Positions 62,561 to 64,000 of a DNA stretch of 64,000 nt are shown piece by piece (within the stretch, counting starts at the first letter, position 1; each line of letters begins with the position of its first letter). Location of the stretch: NCBI GenBank assembly GCA_050950105.1, contig JBMNGZ010000008.1, forward strand, positions 22,167 through 86,166, written 5' to 3'. The stretch is from Candidatus Hydrogenedentales bacterium (GTDB lineage: Bacteria > Hydrogenedentota > Hydrogenedentia > Hydrogenedentales > SLHB01). Under the pieces are notes generated by a model. The model did not search any database. It was not told where the DNA came from and saw only the letters and a list, made by a program, of their open reading frames with translations. Position numbers and translations under genes: made by a program.

Positions 62561-63415
62561 GTGAAAGCTCAGACAACAGATCAGATAGGGGTGTGCAGCT
62601 GGTCGCTTCAGGCAACGGGTCCGGACGATCTCGCGCAGAAGGTGAATGCCCTGGGCGTCAAACGGGTGCAGCTGGGACTGACCCCGCACCGCGACGACCC
62701 CGGCGCCTGGGATGGCGTCGAGGACGTCCTGGGTGCCTCGGGAATCCGCATTGTGACGGGGATGTATTCCACCATTGGCGAGGACTACAGCACGCCGGAG
62801 ACGATCCGGTTGACGGGCGGCATCGTGCCGGATCAGCACTGGGAAGAGAACCTGGCCCTGGCGAAAGTCACGGCGGCGAAAGCGGCGGAGCTGGAATTGC
62901 CGTACATCATGGCCCACGCCGGGTTTTTACCGCACGACCCCAACGATCCGAGCTTCGACAAGCTGGCCGGCCGGGTCGCCACGCTCGCGAAGCTTTTCGC
63001 AGACGCCGGGGCGGGCCTGCTGATGGAAACGGGCCAGGAAAGCGCGGACACCCTGCTCGAATTCCTGGAGGAAATGAAACGGCGCGGCGCGGACAATGTC
63101 GCCGTGAACTTTGATCCGGCCAATATGATCCTCTACGACATGGACGAGCCCATTGACGCGTTGACCAAACTGGCCCCGCATGTGCGGCAGGTGCACGTGA
63201 AAGACGCAAAACGCACGCAGGTCAAAGGCGAATGGGGCGAGGAAGTCGTGGTCGGCACCGGTCAAGTGGACTGGGTGGCCTTTGTGCGCATTCTCGCCAA
63301 TGCGGGATTTGACGGCGGCTACATTTTCGAGAGAGAGGCCGGCGACGACCGTGTGGGCGATATTTTGAAAGGTATTGAAGCCCTGACCGCGGCCATGAAG
63401 GCGGTGGCCGAATAG
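62561..63415 (+). CDS. sugar phosphate isomerase/epimerase (xylose isomerase-like TIM barrel)
   Basis: The GTG at 62561 follows GGAAGGAGG. The fold-typical metal-ligand spacing is present (E in LMETGQE, D in NFDPAN, H in HVKD). Confidence 0.6.
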   Translation: MKAQTTDQIGVCSWSLQATGPDDLAQKVNALGVKRVQLGLTPHRDDPGAWDGVEDVLGASGIRIVTGMYSTIGEDYSTPETIRLTGGIVPDQHWEENLALAKVTAAKAAELELPYIMAHAGFLPHDPNDPSFDKLAGRVATLAKLFADAGAGLLMETGQESADTLLEFLEEMKRRGADNVAVNFDPANMILYDMDEPIDALTKLAPHVRQVHVKDAKRTQVKGEWGEEVVVGTGQVDWVAFVRILANAGFDGGYIFEREAGDDRVGDILKGIEALTAAMKAVAE

Positions 63416-63544
63416 ACTCGCGTGGACTTGTTCCCAGCATGGCACGGGCGCCGGCGCATCTGCGGCGGGCGCCCGGCTGCCTGCGCTTCCTGACGGCATA
63501 CCGGCAGCGCGGGGAGAGCCTGAACCCTCCCGGAGGAGACAGTG

Positions 63545-64000
63545 GTGGATTTCCGGATCGAAACGGACTCAATGGGCGAAATGCGCGTACCGGCCGGCAT
63601 GTATTATGGTTGCCAGACCGCGCGCTCGATTGAAAACTTCAAGATCGGCACCGAAACCATGCCGCGCGAGGTTATTCATGCCTTCGGGATCCTCAAAAAG
63701 GCCGCGGCGCTGACCAACTACGAACTGGGCCTGCTCAGCCCCGACCTCCGCAGCGCCATCTGCCAGGCGGCCGGTGAGGTCGTGGATGGCCATCTGGACG
63801 CGCATTTCCCCCTGGTGGTGTGGCAGACGGGCAGCGGGACCCAGAGCAACATGAATGCGAACGAGGTCATCTCCAACCGGGCCATCGAAATTCTCGGCGG
63901 GGAGTTGGGCAGCAAAAACCCCGTGCACCCCAATGACCACGTGAATATGTCGCAATCGTCAAACGACACGTTCCCGACCGCCATGAACATCGCGGCCGCG
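63545..64000 (+). CDS. fumC: class II fumarate hydratase (3'-truncated at window edge)
   Basis: Shows the FumC/aspartase signature block [58 protein letters not shown]. The GTG start is 6 nt after GGAGGAG. Confidence 0.85.
   Translation, partial: MDFRIETDSMGEMRVPAGMYYGCQTARSIENFKIGTETMPREVIHAFGILKKAAALTNYELGLLSPDLRSAICQAAGEVVDGHLDAHFPLVVWQTGSGTQSNMNANEVISNRAIEILGGELGSKNPVHPNDHVNMSQSSNDTFPTAMNIAAA

Noticed and set aside
1-64000. Mobile elements (IS, integrase, phage genes) and tRNA/rRNA genes
   Set aside because: No transposase, integrase or phage-like ORF, no terminal inverted repeats flanking a cassette, and no tRNA-like T-arm/acceptor patterns were found on either strand.

Overview
This is a high-GC (roughly 65%) bacterial chromosomal segment; I could not identify the organism. 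Genes are densely packed on both strands, and long antisense ORFs caused by GC richness are common and were ignored.

Content from 5' to 3':
- 107-994: a sugar-phosphate isomerase/epimerase (xylose isomerase-like TIM barrel).
- 1339-9063: a tetrapyrrole-synthesis block with sirC (precorrin-2 dehydrogenase / sirohydrochlorin ferrochelatase), a CcsA/HemX-like membrane protein, hemA, hemC, a cobA-hemD fusion, hemB, a 48-aa small ORF and hemL. hemA and hemL are interrupted by frameshifts or a stop.
- 9064-10945: an unusual 1.66 kb non-coding gap with an AT-rich stretch carrying short direct repeats, followed by composite GC-rich palindromic (REP-like) repeats.
- 10946-18781: a 5xLysM MltD-like lytic transglycosylase, an orphan PilT-family ATPase with a 150-aa N-terminal extension, rsmD, nrdR with an NrdR-box-like palindrome, and an ATP-cone NrdD-like protein lacking an obvious glycyl-radical C-terminus.
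- 18878-28866 (minus strand): a glycoside hydrolase family 130 (GH130) gene, then what reads as one regulatory and metabolic unit: rex with tandem Rex operators, hydC (NuoE-like), hydB (NuoF-like), hydA ([FeFe]-hydrogenase H-cluster subunit), an [FeFe]-hydrogenase H-domain fused to a histidine kinase, a stand-alone receiver (REC), and a REC-histidine kinase hybrid. This is a putative H2/redox-sensing phosphorelay attached to an electron-bifurcating-type hydrogenase.
- 29101-36483: a glycan-utilisation-like locus with beta-helix proteins, a TetR regulator, a sulfatase, a DUF2961 / glycoside hydrolase family 172 (GH172)-like protein, an AbrB-type antitoxin plus Doc toxin pair, and a TAT-secreted Gfo/Idh/MocA oxidoreductase.
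- 37016-45689: fabF, a fabK-like gene, and an Opp/Dpp-type ABC transporter with an embedded VOC-family (glyoxalase/bleomycin-resistance superfamily) gene.
- 45867-52105: a zinc-ribbon protein, LemA and an M48 peptidase with C-terminal zinc ribbons; a carbon-nitrogen hydrolase; and a frameshifted PAS hybrid sensor kinase.
- 52358-54847: a secreted TIM-barrel (clan GH-A-like) glycoside hydrolase.
- 55079-59457: the Firmicutes-style cluster rpsF, ssb, rpsR, DUF2232, rplI, dnaB, with striking charged C-terminal tails.
- 59547-64000: a 918-aa beta-helix protein, another sugar-phosphate isomerase, and a 3'-truncated fumC.

No rRNA, tRNA, CRISPR array, transposase or integrase was seen.
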